Source: Calditerrivibrio sp.
GTDB taxonomy: Bacteria; Chrysiogenota; Deferribacteres; Deferribacterales; Calditerrivibrionaceae
Assembly: GCA_026415135.1 (NCBI GenBank)
Contig: JAOAHS010000006.1
Coordinates: 29,779-93,778 of the forward strand
Reading direction: 5' to 3'
Length of the DNA stretch: 64,000 nt
The translations under genes and the position numbers were made by a program. Below are positions 1-10,080 of the stretch, piece by piece. Position 1 is the first letter of the stretch, and each line of letters starts with the position of its first letter. The notes under the pieces were generated by a model. It searched no databases and was not told the origin of the DNA. It worked only from the letters and a program-made list of their open reading frames with translations.

Positions 1-959
1 CTGTTTTTTTGATTCATAGAGAGCTTTATCTGCGTTGTCGATGATATCAAGTAGGCTATCTCCACTTAACGGGTAATTGCTTATGCCGATACTAACGGTT
101 AGATTAAACTTTTTTTCATCCTTTGTGAAAAAAGATTTTAATTCAAACTGTTTTCTAATGCGCTCTGCTACTTCTTTAGCACCTTCTATTTCTGTTTCTA
201 CTAAACAGATTATAAACTCATCTCCTCCATATCTTGCGGCAAAGTCAGTTCTTCTTATGTTGGATTTTATGACTTCGGCAATTGAAGTAATCACCATGCT
301 TCCGTATTTATGTCCATAGGTGTCGTTTACATGCTTTAAGTTATCTGAGTCCAGCATGAGTACTGAAAATGTTTTGTTGTATCTTTGGGATCTGTAAAAC
401 TCCTCTTCTATCTTTTTCATAAAACCGCTTTGATTGAGTAGCCCTGTTAGATCGTCGGTGGTGGATAACTCGTTTATGATATTGAATGTTATTTTGTTGG
501 TTTTTTCAAAGTTGATGGCTATGATTATGACGAATGGTAATGAAAGGATATAAATAAGGCTATTTGGGTTTTTAGAGATTATTAGTAGGGAGGATATCAC
601 TACGATTACTATGTAATGTATCTTTTTAGTGAAGCTGTCTCTCATTAATACAGTATATATCATTACTCCAAATAAGATGAGAAAGATAAATATCAGCGAT
701 TCTTTGGTATACAGGGATGAAAAAAACAAATTTTGCGATTGTAGTAGAATCATATAGATGATGATCTTGTGGCTTGGATAATTTTCTTCTATTGAAAATT
801 TTACAATGACAAAGATAAAAAGAAATAGAATTATGAAGTAGTTGTAAAATGAGTTGTTCAGTTCTAAAAATTTTAGTGAGACAATTGTTATTGTAAAGCT
901 AAAAAGGTAAAGAACCTCAGCGATCTTTAAGTAGTAGTAGTTTAATTTTTCCTGGTACA
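1..959 (-). CDS. Membrane-anchored GGDEF diguanylate cyclase (partial, C-terminus runs off window start)
   Basis: Minus-strand ORF with ATG (revcomp of cat 957-959); N-terminal multi-TM hydrophobic region then 'RYGGDEFII' GGDEF active-site motif; not in ORF track because it is open at the window edge. Confidence 0.75.
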
Positions 960-1014
960 TCTTAATAAATTATAACAGATAGTAAAAAAAAAGCAAATAA
1001 ATATAATAAAAAAG

Positions 1015-1088
1015 CGCGCCCTGCAGGAGTCGAACCCACAACCTTCTGATCCGTAGTCAGATGCTCTATCCAGTTGAGCTAAGGGCGC
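1015..1088 (-). tRNA. tRNA-Arg (anticodon ACG)
   Basis: Revcomp gcgcccttagctcaactggatagagcatctgactacggatcagaaggttgtgggttcgactcctgcagggcgcg folds as cloverleaf: 7-bp acceptor GCGCCCT/AGGGCGC, D-arm, anticodon stem TCTGA/TCAGA with loop CTACGGA (ACG), T-arm GGTTCGA. Confidence 0.85.
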
Positions 1089-1229
1089 ATAAAGAATTTT
1101 ATCAACGTCTTCAATACTTTATTATCATCCATTGTTTTAATTGTCAAGTATAAAAACGAAAAGGTTTGTTGGGTTTGATCTAAGTAAGATTTCTACTTGA
1201 AAAAGTTATAAAATATTATATAGTTAGCT

Positions 1230-1448
1230 ATGGCTAATAAGACGTTGAATTCCAATGTTACCCACAAAGGTAAAATATACCATGTTCAGACAGAGATTGT
1301 AGGTGATAAGGTGATTACTCAGGTTTTTGTAAAGGGTAGGGTTATATTTTCCTATAAGGATAATTTTATTGATTACGAAACAACAAAAAAACAGCACAGG
1401 ACTGCAGAAGCTGCGATTATTAGGGATAAATTAGTGTCTAATGATTAA
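1230..1448 (+). CDS. Small hypothetical protein (72 aa), stop overlaps ftsE start (ATGATTAA)
   Basis: ORF directly abutting a -10-like TATTAT/TATATA with no SD (possible leaderless); stop overlaps the ftsE ATG in coupling-like fashion; no recognisable family. Confidence 0.35.
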   Translation: MANKTLNSNVTHKGKIYHVQTEIVGDKVITQVFVKGRVIFSYKDNFIDYETTKKQHRTAEAAIIRDKLVSND

Positions 1449-2118
1449 GTTTTTTAATGTTACGGTGAATTTTTTTGGTGAAAAAAGAGCTTTGGACAAT
1501 GTTTCTCTTACAATCGACAAAGGTGAGTTTGTCTACATCACTGGAGAAAGTGGTGCAGGAAAATCTACATTACTCAGACTTATTTACGCAGATCTTTTGC
1601 CTACAAAGGGTGTTGTATTAGTGGCAAACAAAGATATAAGTCATATAAGTAAAAGTAGCATACCATATTTGCGAAGGAATATAGGTGTTGTGTTTCAAGA
1701 TTATAAGCTTCTCGAGGATAGAACTGTTTATGAAAATGTCAAAATAGCTCTCGAAATATTTTATCTTGAAAAGAAATCCATGGAGAATAAGATATTACCT
1801 TTGTTAAGAAGACTAGGGATATACAGTAGAAGGGAAACGTTGGTAAAGAAGCTTTCAGGAGGCGAAAAACAGAGGGTTGCTATTGCTAGAGCCTTGATCA
1901 ATGAACCATCCATAATTTTGGCAGATGAACCTACTGGTAACCTTGATCAGGAAAGAGCAGAAGACATTATATCTCTTTTATATGATACTGTTCAGATGGG
2001 TGCCACCGTTGTGGTTGCTACCCATGATAAGTACCTAATAGAGAAACATAACGGTAGAATAATAGAATTAAAACAGGGACAGATAATAAATGATACCAAA
2101 AAAGTTGAATTGGCATAA
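1441..2118 (+). CDS. ftsE: Cell-division ABC transporter ATP-binding protein FtsE
   Basis: Walker [13 protein letters not shown] signature [15 protein letters not shown], Walker [12 protein letters not shown]; followed by ftsX. Confidence 0.9.
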   Translation: MIKFFNVTVNFFGEKRALDNVSLTIDKGEFVYITGESGAGKSTLLRLIYADLLPTKGVVLVANKDISHISKSSIPYLRRNIGVVFQDYKLLEDRTVYENVKIALEIFYLEKKSMENKILPLLRRLGIYSRRETLVKKLSGGEKQRVAIARALINEPSIILADEPTGNLDQERAEDIISLLYDTVQMGATVVVATHDKYLIEKHNGRIIELKQGQIINDTKKVELA

Positions 2119-3004
2119 GCTTTGGTTTCTTCTTTTAAAGGGTGTACTTTTATTTAGGAGAAATATCGCTATAAATGTAACTTCTATTATTACGATAATA
2201 ACTGCTTTATATATTTTTTTTATTTTTTTCATTTTGAGTTATTCGGTTGATAATTTTTTTGGAAACCTTGTAAATATTCAGAATATAAGAGCATACCTTA
2301 AAGACACTTCGAAGGATAAAGTAGATAAGCTTATGTTGGAGTTGAAAAAGCTAAGAAGTGTTAAAGAAGTTAAATTTTACTCTTCAGCAGAATCCCATAG
2401 GTATCTAAAAAATTCATATATGGGTGAGAAATACTTAGAACTACTTCCCCAGGAGTTTTTCCCTTCTTTTATTGAAATAGTTTTAAAAGATAGTTTTCAG
2501 GAGTTAAGATATGTAAAGGAGGTTGAGCTTGAACTAAGCAAGTCTGATATTGTAGAGGTCACATCTTTTGGGGAGAAGTGGCTAATAAACTTTTTATCAG
2601 TAAAGGTTGGTTTGAAGATCTTTGTTATGGTATTAACATTCCTATTGTCTGTGTCGATAGGTTCAGTTATATATAATACTATCAATCTAAAGTTGTATAA
2701 GTTTAAGGATGAAATAAAAATATATAATTTAGTTGGAGCCACCAGAAGCTTTATAGTAACGCCATTTGTTTTTGCTTCAATAATAGAGGTTACACTCTCC
2801 TTTTTAGTAGCGTTTATACTCCAGTATATTACATTTTTTTCTATAAAATATTTTTTTCTTGATAAACTGGGGTTAATATTTATTAAAAATCCATCTTTCT
2901 TTTTGTTATTAGCTATTTATACCTCTATATTGGTTATCTCTTTTCTTGCATCTATTCTTTCGGTCTTTTCCTTTTTGGATAAGATGGGGGCTATAGGTGA
3001 GTAG
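2090..3004 (+). CDS. ftsX: Cell-division permease FtsX
   Basis: 304 aa, N-terminal TM, periplasmic loop, 3 C-terminal TMs; overlaps ftsE stop; typical ftsEX pair. Confidence 0.8.
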   Translation: MIPKKLNWHKLWFLLLKGVLLFRRNIAINVTSIITIITALYIFFIFFILSYSVDNFFGNLVNIQNIRAYLKDTSKDKVDKLMLELKKLRSVKEVKFYSSAESHRYLKNSYMGEKYLELLPQEFFPSFIEIVLKDSFQELRYVKEVELELSKSDIVEVTSFGEKWLINFLSVKVGLKIFVMVLTFLLSVSIGSVIYNTINLKLYKFKDEIKIYNLVGATRSFIVTPFVFASIIEVTLSFLVAFILQYITFFSIKYFFLDKLGLIFIKNPSFFLLLAIYTSILVISFLASILSVFSFLDKMGAIGE

Positions 3005-4157
3005 GATTGTTTTACTGGTTTTACTATTGGTTCCGATATTATCCATATCATCTACCTCTAAAAACATTATCATTGAGTCCAATAACGAGCTTATGATATT
3101 AAAAAAAGAACTGGATAAGGAAAAAGATGAGCTAAAAAAGATTGATCAATCAAAAACGTCCTTGGTGATAAAATTAAGAAATATTGAAAAGGAGATCAGA
3201 TTGAATGAAAATGTTCTCCATGAGATAAACCGTAGGTATAATCTTGTTAAGGAGAGTAGGGCTGAGGTAATAGAAAAGATCGATATTTTGAATAATGATA
3301 TAAGTAAGCTAATAAAAGAGATAAAAAAGGGAAATATTTATTTTGTTGATAACAGAGGTGTATTAAATCTAAAGCTTCTTATTTTTTCTAACAGCTATCA
3401 TGAGATGATCAAAAACCTTGAGATATTAGAGAAAGCTAATCTCAATATGAAGCAAAAGGTAAATCAGATTGTAGAAAAAAAACAAGCTATAGATAATCTT
3501 AATAAGATATTGGTAGAAAAAGAGAAAGAGCTCGAAGACCTTAAAAAGCTGAAATGGGATGTAATAAAAGAGCTTCAAAATGAAAAGGTATTGTATCAAC
3601 AAACATTAGCAGTACTGGATGCTGATAAAAGGAACAAGCAGTCATATCTTGATATACTTACTTCAAGGTATGAGGATCTAAATAAGAGATTCCTTGAAGT
3701 GGAGAAAGAAAGTAAAAACCAGCCCCAGAAACCAGTAAGTAATGGTTTTGCCAAACTCAAAGGGGGTCTTGATTGGCCTGTAAAAGGGAAAATAGTTGAA
3801 CACTACGGTGTAAAGTATGTAGAGGCTTTGAAGACAGAAGTCTTTAATAAAGGTATCAAGATTCAAGTGCAGGGTGATGGTTTTGTAAGATCAGTTTATG
3901 ATGGTGTTGTAAAGTATATCGATTGGATCAAAGGATATGGAAACTTAATAATAATCTCCCATGAAGATAACTACTATACTATATATGCCAACATAGATGA
4001 TGTGATGGTACAAAATGGTCAGAAGGTGAAAAAAGGGGATAAAATAGGAATAATTGATGTTGACATTCAAGATGTACAGCATTATCTTTATTTTGAGATA
4101 AGAAAAAACAATAACGCTTTAAACCCTGAAGAATGGCTTAAGAAGGAGGCAGCATGA
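2997..4157 (+). CDS. envC: Coiled-coil + M23 (LytM) peptidase-domain protein, EnvC-like amidase activator
   Basis: Signal peptide, long K/E-rich coiled-coil region, C-terminal M23 motif (GIKIQ..GDGFVRSVYDG..GYGNLIIISHEDNYYTIYANID); ftsEX-envC synteny. Confidence 0.8.
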   Translation: MSRIVLLVLLLVPILSISSTSKNIIIESNNELMILKKELDKEKDELKKIDQSKTSLVIKLRNIEKEIRLNENVLHEINRRYNLVKESRAEVIEKIDILNNDISKLIKEIKKGNIYFVDNRGVLNLKLLIFSNSYHEMIKNLEILEKANLNMKQKVNQIVEKKQAIDNLNKILVEKEKELEDLKKLKWDVIKELQNEKVLYQQTLAVLDADKRNKQSYLDILTSRYEDLNKRFLEVEKESKNQPQKPVSNGFAKLKGGLDWPVKGKIVEHYGVKYVEALKTEVFNKGIKIQVQGDGFVRSVYDGVVKYIDWIKGYGNLIIISHEDNYYTIYANIDDVMVQNGQKVKKGDKIGIIDVDIQDVQHYLYFEIRKNNNALNPEEWLKKEAA

Positions 4158-5485
4158 TAAAAAATAGATTTGGTAAGGTGTTAGTTGTTTTCATAATAGC
4201 TACGGCACTTGTTATGACTATTTTTGCCGTTGCTAAAGTAAAATCTGTTTATGCCCAGAAGGGTATAAGTAAGTTTCAGTACCTCGAGATGTTTTCAGAT
4301 GCTCTTGATATAATAGAGAGAAAGTATGTGGATCAGGTTGATCCCCAAAAGTTGATACAGGGTGCCATAAAAGGGATGTTAAATGAGTTGGATCCCCATT
4401 CTAATTTTATGGATAAACAGGCTTTTGACAATTTTAAAACAGAAATAAAAGGTGAATTTGGTGGGTTAGGGATAACTATCGGTATGAGAGATAAAGTGTT
4501 GACAATAATTGCTCCCATCGAGGACACTCCAGCTCATCGAGCAGGTTTAAAAGCTGGTGATAAAATAATAAAGATTGATGGTAAGTCTACTGCAAATATT
4601 ACAATTGATGAAGCTGTTAATAAATTGAGGGGTACACCAGGTACGTCAGTTACGATAACCATATTGAGAGGATCAGATAGCAAACCGTTTGATGTTACTA
4701 TTGTTAGGGAGGTCATAAAGGTTAAAACTGTGAAGTTTCAGGTTAAAGATGATATAGGGTATCTGAGGCTTACTCAGTTTAATGAGACTGCATCCTCTGA
4801 ATTATCTAAAGCCCTTGAAAAACTCAAACAAAATAGTGTAAAAGGGATCATTTTAGATCTCAGAAATAACCCCGGTGGGTTGCTTGATGAAGCTGTAAAT
4901 GTGACTTCTCTCTTTTTACAGCCGGGTAAAACGGTAGTATTTACCAAAGAGCGTAATGAAAAAAATAGCATGTATCTTAAGTCAAGAAATTTGGGGGTAT
5001 CCGATTATAACACTCCAATGGTGGTACTGATAAATAGTGGAAGTGCTTCTGCTTCTGAGATTGTATCCGGTGCACTTCAGGATCATAAGAGGGCTATAAT
5101 CATAGGTACAACATCTTTTGGGAAAGCATCCGTTCAAACAACCTTTAATTTGAGTGATGGTTCTGCTATAAAGCTTACCACAGCAAAATATTACACCCCA
5201 TCTGGTAGATCTATTCAGGGTGTTGGTATCAGTCCTGATATAGAAGTAAAATCTGGCGAAATCGTTTATAGAGAGAACGATATGGAATTAAGGGAGAAAG
5301 ACTTAGATAAACATATAACAGGTGATGAAGAAAAGAAACAGGATAGTAAAAAGGGTAAAAATAAAGAAAATGATAATATTACTCTCTCTGATCTTGATCG
5401 TATAGACTTTGAAAAGGATCTACAGTTGAAATATGCCTATGATTTTCTGAAGGGTATGATAATATATGGCACGAAGACCAAATAG
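4154..5485 (+). CDS. ctpA: C-terminal processing (tail-specific) S41 protease with PDZ domain
   Basis: N-terminal TM/signal, PDZ (GLGITIGMRDKVLTIIAPIEDTPAHRAGLKAGDKIIKIDG), S41 catalytic region (GIILDLRNNPGG ... INSGSASASEI). Confidence 0.85.
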   Translation: MIKNRFGKVLVVFIIATALVMTIFAVAKVKSVYAQKGISKFQYLEMFSDALDIIERKYVDQVDPQKLIQGAIKGMLNELDPHSNFMDKQAFDNFKTEIKGEFGGLGITIGMRDKVLTIIAPIEDTPAHRAGLKAGDKIIKIDGKSTANITIDEAVNKLRGTPGTSVTITILRGSDSKPFDVTIVREVIKVKTVKFQVKDDIGYLRLTQFNETASSELSKALEKLKQNSVKGIILDLRNNPGGLLDEAVNVTSLFLQPGKTVVFTKERNEKNSMYLKSRNLGVSDYNTPMVVLINSGSASASEIVSGALQDHKRAIIIGTTSFGKASVQTTFNLSDGSAIKLTTAKYYTPSGRSIQGVGISPDIEVKSGEIVYRENDMELREKDLDKHITGDEEKKQDSKKGKNKENDNITLSDLDRIDFEKDLQLKYAYDFLKGMIIYGTKTK

Positions 5486-6680
5486 GAGTAATAAAAAACA
5501 CAATATACCACCTACTTTAATAGTAGGTGGTATATTTTTTTTGCTTGTTTCGATAGTTTTTGTTTTGTTTGTAAATCTAAAGGTCGATGGTATAAAGAAG
5601 GATTTGGAAGCTACTAAAAAAAACAAGAGGGATAGTTTACCTAAGGTTGTTGATCTCAATATCGATGAAAAACTTAAGATATTCTTGTTTGATCATGAGA
5701 TTAGCAAAGAAAGATTAAAGTTAGAAAGATCCCAAAAAGTAGAAGGCGGTTTTTTTCACAGATATAAATTACTCCTTTACGAGAGTGAAAATGAAGCGTT
5801 AAAACCGATATTGATAAGCTTTTTAAGATCATCAGGATTTACTTTCCAGGATTACGGAAACAAACTCGTTTTTGAACACACAAATACAATTGTAGAAATA
5901 GAGATAGATCTAATTGAAGAAAAAGCTTTTAAAAACCATGTAGCTGATTACGATAGTGAGATAAAAAGAGATAATAGTAAACAGGAAAAAGGGTCAACAG
6001 AACATAGGTTTAGAGATAAGCATAGATTTGTTGTGATCCTTGATGATGCCGGTCAGAATATAGAATTAGCAAAAAAAGTAGCAAGTATGAAGTATCCCAT
6101 AGTGATGTCTATTCTTCCATATTCGAAATTTGACAAAGAGACCGCTGAATTAGCCAGAAATAACAAAAAAGAGTATTTACTTCATCAACCTATGGAACCT
6201 AAATCCTATCCTGACACAAACCCTGGAAAAGGTGCTATTTTGCTTAATATGCCAAGATCTGTAATAGAAGCTACAATCAAGGAGAATATAACCAGGCTTG
6301 GGGGAGTATCGGGGGTAAACAATCATATGGGTTCGGCTTTTACAGAAAATAGCGAAAAAATGAAAGAAACTCTTGAAATTATTAAAAGTTATACGGATAT
6401 TTTCGTAGATAGTCATACTACACCTAATACGGTTGCATATGATGTCTGTAAAAGTATCGACGGTCTAAAATGCGGTCAGAGTAAGAGGTTTATCGACAAT
6501 ATGGCAGATTACAACTATATAAAAAACAAGATCTATGAAGCTGTCAGATTTTTGGATAAACAGGATGTGATAGTTATTGGGCATTTGAGAAATATGACTG
6601 TTGAGGTACTGGAGAAGGTTTTACCCGAACTTGAAAAAAATGGTGTCCATATATCCACTATTAGTGAGGTAGTCAAATGA
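5466..6680 (+). CDS. Divergent polysaccharide deacetylase family protein (YibQ-like)
   Basis: N-terminal TM, then VVILDDAGQN ... HQPMEP ... NNHMGS motifs typical of YibQ/DUF610; envC-yibQ adjacency as in E. coli. Confidence 0.7.
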   Translation: MARRPNRSNKKHNIPPTLIVGGIFFLLVSIVFVLFVNLKVDGIKKDLEATKKNKRDSLPKVVDLNIDEKLKIFLFDHEISKERLKLERSQKVEGGFFHRYKLLLYESENEALKPILISFLRSSGFTFQDYGNKLVFEHTNTIVEIEIDLIEEKAFKNHVADYDSEIKRDNSKQEKGSTEHRFRDKHRFVVILDDAGQNIELAKKVASMKYPIVMSILPYSKFDKETAELARNNKKEYLLHQPMEPKSYPDTNPGKGAILLNMPRSVIEATIKENITRLGGVSGVNNHMGSAFTENSEKMKETLEIIKSYTDIFVDSHTTPNTVAYDVCKSIDGLKCGQSKRFIDNMADYNYIKNKIYEAVRFLDKQDVIVIGHLRNMTVEVLEKVLPELEKNGVHISTISEVVK

Positions 6681-7651
6681 TTGTTTGTGGCATTGAAACA
6701 TCCTGCGATGAAACATCTGTAGCCATATACAATTCCCAAAAAAAGATTTTTTTCTCTGTAATATCATCTCAGGCTGATATCCACAACAGGTTTGGGGGTG
6801 TTGTACCTGAGATAGCATCCAGAAACCATGCTCTAAATATTTTACCTGTTTTTGAGAAATGTTTGATGAAAGCTGGTTTGGAGGTTCATAATATAGACCT
6901 TATAGGTGTTACCAAATCTCCCGGTCTCATTGGGGCTCTTTTTGTTGGGATTTCTTTTGCTAAAGGGCTATCTCTTGGGCTAAATAGACCGTTGATTGGG
7001 GTCAATCATCTTTTTGCACATATTTTATCTGCTGAAATAGATAATGATATAACCCCCCCTTATTTGGGTGTTGTTTTATCCGGAGGGCATACGCATATAT
7101 ATGGAGTAGATGAGTGTTACAATGTTAGACTTTATTCCAAAACTTTGGATGATGCTGTTGGGGAAAGTTTTGATAAAATAGCAAAATTTGCTGGGCTACC
7201 TTATCCAGGTGGACCTGAAATAGAAAAACTTGCTTTAAAGGGTGATGAAAATAGGGTAAAACTACCTATAGCTCTTAAAAATGAACCTAATTTTAGTTTT
7301 AGTGGGTTAAAAACCCATGTGATCAATCTGATTGAGGCAAAAACCTTTAGTTTGGAAGATATTGCGGCTTCATTTCAGAGGGTTGTTTGTGATACTGTAG
7401 CACTAAAAGTCAATTATGTACTATCTCTAACCGGTTTAAAAAAGGTAGTTGTCAGTGGTGGGGTGGCTTGTAATAACTATTTAAGAGAGCATTTGCCGTT
7501 ACTAATAAATGGTAAAGTTTTTTTCCCATCAAAAAGACTATGTACTGATAATGGTGATATGATAGCTTATGCTGCATACAAAATTTTTAGAAAAAGAGAT
7601 TTTTTAGGGTTTAGGGAAACAGCAAAAGATAATGATGATTTGATGATATGA
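6677..7651 (+). CDS. tsaD: tRNA N6-adenosine threonylcarbamoyltransferase TsaD
   Basis: GIETSCDETSVAIY N-terminus, HxxxH metal motif region (HLFAHILS), Kae1/TsaD length 324 aa. Confidence 0.9.
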   Translation: MIVCGIETSCDETSVAIYNSQKKIFFSVISSQADIHNRFGGVVPEIASRNHALNILPVFEKCLMKAGLEVHNIDLIGVTKSPGLIGALFVGISFAKGLSLGLNRPLIGVNHLFAHILSAEIDNDITPPYLGVVLSGGHTHIYGVDECYNVRLYSKTLDDAVGESFDKIAKFAGLPYPGGPEIEKLALKGDENRVKLPIALKNEPNFSFSGLKTHVINLIEAKTFSLEDIAASFQRVVCDTVALKVNYVLSLTGLKKVVVSGGVACNNYLREHLPLLINGKVFFPSKRLCTDNGDMIAYAAYKIFRKRDFLGFRETAKDNDDLMI

Positions 7652-8598
7652 TATGTGTTCTTTTAGACAAGGAACCACTGGTAGGTGCTCCCCTTGCTGG
7701 AATTACCAATTTACCTTTTAGAAAAATAGTTAGAAAATATCATAAAGGTTTGATTTTTACCGAAATGATATCGGTGGAAGGGATCAAACGGAACAATAGA
7801 CAAACGTTGAAGTTAATTGATGTTGCTGATGATGAAAACCCCATCGGTATTCAAATATTTGGTGGTAATCCAGAATCATATCCAAGTGCTATTAGAATAA
7901 TCGAAGACCACTTCAACTTTTTCTGTTTTGATATAAATATGGGTTGTCCTGTGAAAAAAGTTATAAAAGCAAAGTCAGGAGCATATCTACTTACGGATCT
8001 TAAGTTAGCAAAAGAGATTGTCTGTGCTGCAAGGAAGGCTACCCATAAGCCACTTTTAGTAAAAACGAGATTGGGATGGAATCAAGAGAACTATGTTTAT
8101 AGGGAAATGTTAAAAATATGTGAAGGGGAAGGGGTAGATGCCATAACTATTCACGGCAGAACAAAGTCACAACTCTATTCAGGTACAGTTAACTACGACG
8201 CAATAGCGGAGATTAAATCAATTGCTAAGATCCCTATTATAGGTAATGGTGATGTTGTGGATCCAGTATCACTTAAAAAGATGCAAGATACTGGAGTGGA
8301 TGGTATTATGATAGGACGGGGGATGATGAAATCCCCCTGGATCTTTGAGGCTTTGAAACATAATAAAAACCCTATAGGGTATTTGTCTTCTAAGGAGATT
8401 GTGGATATCTTGTTTCTTTTGTTGGAGGAGGAAAAAAGATATAGAGAAAATAGATACTTTTTATCATCTTTTAAAAAGTTTGCTGTTTGGTTTTCTAAAG
8501 GATATAAAAACAGTACCTTGTTTAGAGAGAAAATCTATTCCGTGGGGGAAGATGAAAGGGCCATTAGGGATTTGATTATTGAGTTTTATTTGGAATAA
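7648..8598 (+). CDS. dusB: tRNA-dihydrouridine synthase (DusB-like)
   Basis: LAGITNLPFRKI ... INMGCPVKKV ... TIHGRT ... GNGDV motifs of Dus TIM-barrel flavoenzymes. Confidence 0.85.
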   Translation: MICVLLDKEPLVGAPLAGITNLPFRKIVRKYHKGLIFTEMISVEGIKRNNRQTLKLIDVADDENPIGIQIFGGNPESYPSAIRIIEDHFNFFCFDINMGCPVKKVIKAKSGAYLLTDLKLAKEIVCAARKATHKPLLVKTRLGWNQENYVYREMLKICEGEGVDAITIHGRTKSQLYSGTVNYDAIAEIKSIAKIPIIGNGDVVDPVSLKKMQDTGVDGIMIGRGMMKSPWIFEALKHNKNPIGYLSSKEIVDILFLLLEEEKRYRENRYFLSSFKKFAVWFSKGYKNSTLFREKIYSVGEDERAIRDLIIEFYLE

Positions 8599-9341
8599 TG
8601 TTCTAAGATTTTTTTTATAAGACTTTTATCACCTGATTCTTTGCTAAGATAAGCAGTTGCTTTGGCAATTATAAATTTTGCTTCTATTTTTATAGGATAG
8701 AGATTTTCCTTGTCTAAAAATATAAACCATTCTCCGTCTGGTATCAACAAGCCTTTACCTTTAATAAAAGGGGTCACGGAGGTCTTGATGGTATTATATG
8801 ATTTATTGTTTATCTCGACCAGTTCATTACCTAATATCTTGTAAGGGATGTTGTATGTTTTGTTTTTATAGAAAAGTTTTAGGGGTTCTAACTTGTTATT
8901 TTTCACATTTTTATAAAAAACCATAGACAACATAAAAGGCTCAAAATATTCTGTTTCAACGAACTCTTTTATCTCTTCCTCTTTTTTTTGCCAGGATTTG
9001 TCATACTTGATGGTTTTGGATATTATTTTGTTGTGTTGATAAAAGTATTCATTGGTGGCTTTATATGTGCTTTCTTCCTGATCAAATAGGAAATAGATGG
9101 GGGCAAATTTTTTTAAATCTGCTATCCCTTTACCTGTATCGTTTATCCTCTTTATAAAGCTGACAAGTTCGGATGATCTAATATAACTATTAAAGTACAA
9201 TAGTTCATCTTTTTTATCATAAAAGATACATGTTTCACCTATTTTCACAAAAAAAGCTTTTACGTCATAGCATAGTTTTAATTCTTCAGAGAATGTTATA
9301 TATGGAAAAATTAGTATTAGAAGTATTAATAGAAATCTCAT
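8586..9341 (-). CDS. Secreted hypothetical protein (251 aa)
   Basis: Signal peptide MRFLLILLILIFPYITFS; K/Y/F-rich beta-type composition; possibly DUF3108-like; no confident family. Confidence 0.55.
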   Translation of the reverse strand: MRFLLILLILIFPYITFSEELKLCYDVKAFFVKIGETCIFYDKKDELLYFNSYIRSSELVSFIKRINDTGKGIADLKKFAPIYFLFDQEESTYKATNEYFYQHNKIISKTIKYDKSWQKKEEEIKEFVETEYFEPFMLSMVFYKNVKNNKLEPLKLFYKNKTYNIPYKILGNELVEINNKSYNTIKTSVTPFIKGKGLLIPDGEWFIFLDKENLYPIKIEAKFIIAKATAYLSKESGDKSLIKKILEHYSK

Positions 9342-9422
9342 AAAAAAAATATATTTTTTTTCAAAAAAAAAACAATTGAAATTTAATATTTTGGTCGATA
9401 TCTTATTATAAAAGGGGTAAAG

Positions 9423-10043
9423 ATGATACCAGGTCTATTTTATGCACTTTCTGCAATAAATGCTGGAAATAAAAAGTATGGAATAACAGCTAATAATATA
9501 TCCAATATAAATTCCATAGGTTTCAAAGCAAAAATTTCACATCTACAAGAGTTTTCAAAGGGTGGAGTGGAACTCTACTCAGTAACTACAGATGATGGTG
9601 TTGGTTATTTTATAAACTCTGGTAGGCCTTTGGATTTGGCTATCAATGGTAAAGGGTATTTTAGAGTAAGTGATGGGGATAAATTTACTTACACCCGTAC
9701 CGGTATTTTTAGTGCAGATAAAAATGGTGACTTGGTGGATGTTTCTGGAAGAAAACTGGGTGTCAATGTGGGTAAGGATTCCAGTAAGATAGAAATAGAT
9801 AACAAGGGTAATGTGTATGCAGACGGTGAGCTTAAGGGTAAGATTGATCTATATGATCCAAGTGGTATACCTATTCCTGAGTCAAGCTACGAGATTTTAT
9901 CAGGTTTCTTAGAAGCTTCCAATGTCGATTTGGCAAGGGAGATGGTGGACAGTATAACAAACCTCAGGTATATTCAAGTAAATGTGAAGAGCATCAAGAC
10001 GATAGATGAGATGGTGGGGAATATAGTAAACATTGTAGGTTAA
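9423..10043 (+). CDS. Flagellar basal-body rod protein (short FlgF/FlgG-like, 206 aa)
   Basis: N-terminal rod motif GITANNISNINSIGFKA and C-terminal LEASNVDLAREMVDSITNLRYIQ; good SD AAAGGGG; no other flagellar genes nearby. Confidence 0.7.
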   Translation: MIPGLFYALSAINAGNKKYGITANNISNINSIGFKAKISHLQEFSKGGVELYSVTTDDGVGYFINSGRPLDLAINGKGYFRVSDGDKFTYTRTGIFSADKNGDLVDVSGRKLGVNVGKDSSKIEIDNKGNVYADGELKGKIDLYDPSGIPIPESSYEILSGFLEASNVDLAREMVDSITNLRYIQVNVKSIKTIDEMVGNIVNIVG

Positions 10044-10050
10044 ATAAACA

Positions 10051-10080
10051 GGTGGGAGGACCCACCCGGGATTATTTATT
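10051..10080. terminator. Bidirectional intrinsic terminator between flgF-like (+) and secF (-)
   Basis: GGTGGG-agga-CCCACC hairpin flanked by T-rich (plus) / A-rich (minus) runs. Confidence 0.5.

Noticed and set aside
77-319. 80-aa + strand ORF at the window start
   Set aside because: It lies antisense inside the much better supported minus-strand GGDEF gene (RYGGDEF motif), has a low-complexity hydrophobic translation and lacks an SD.
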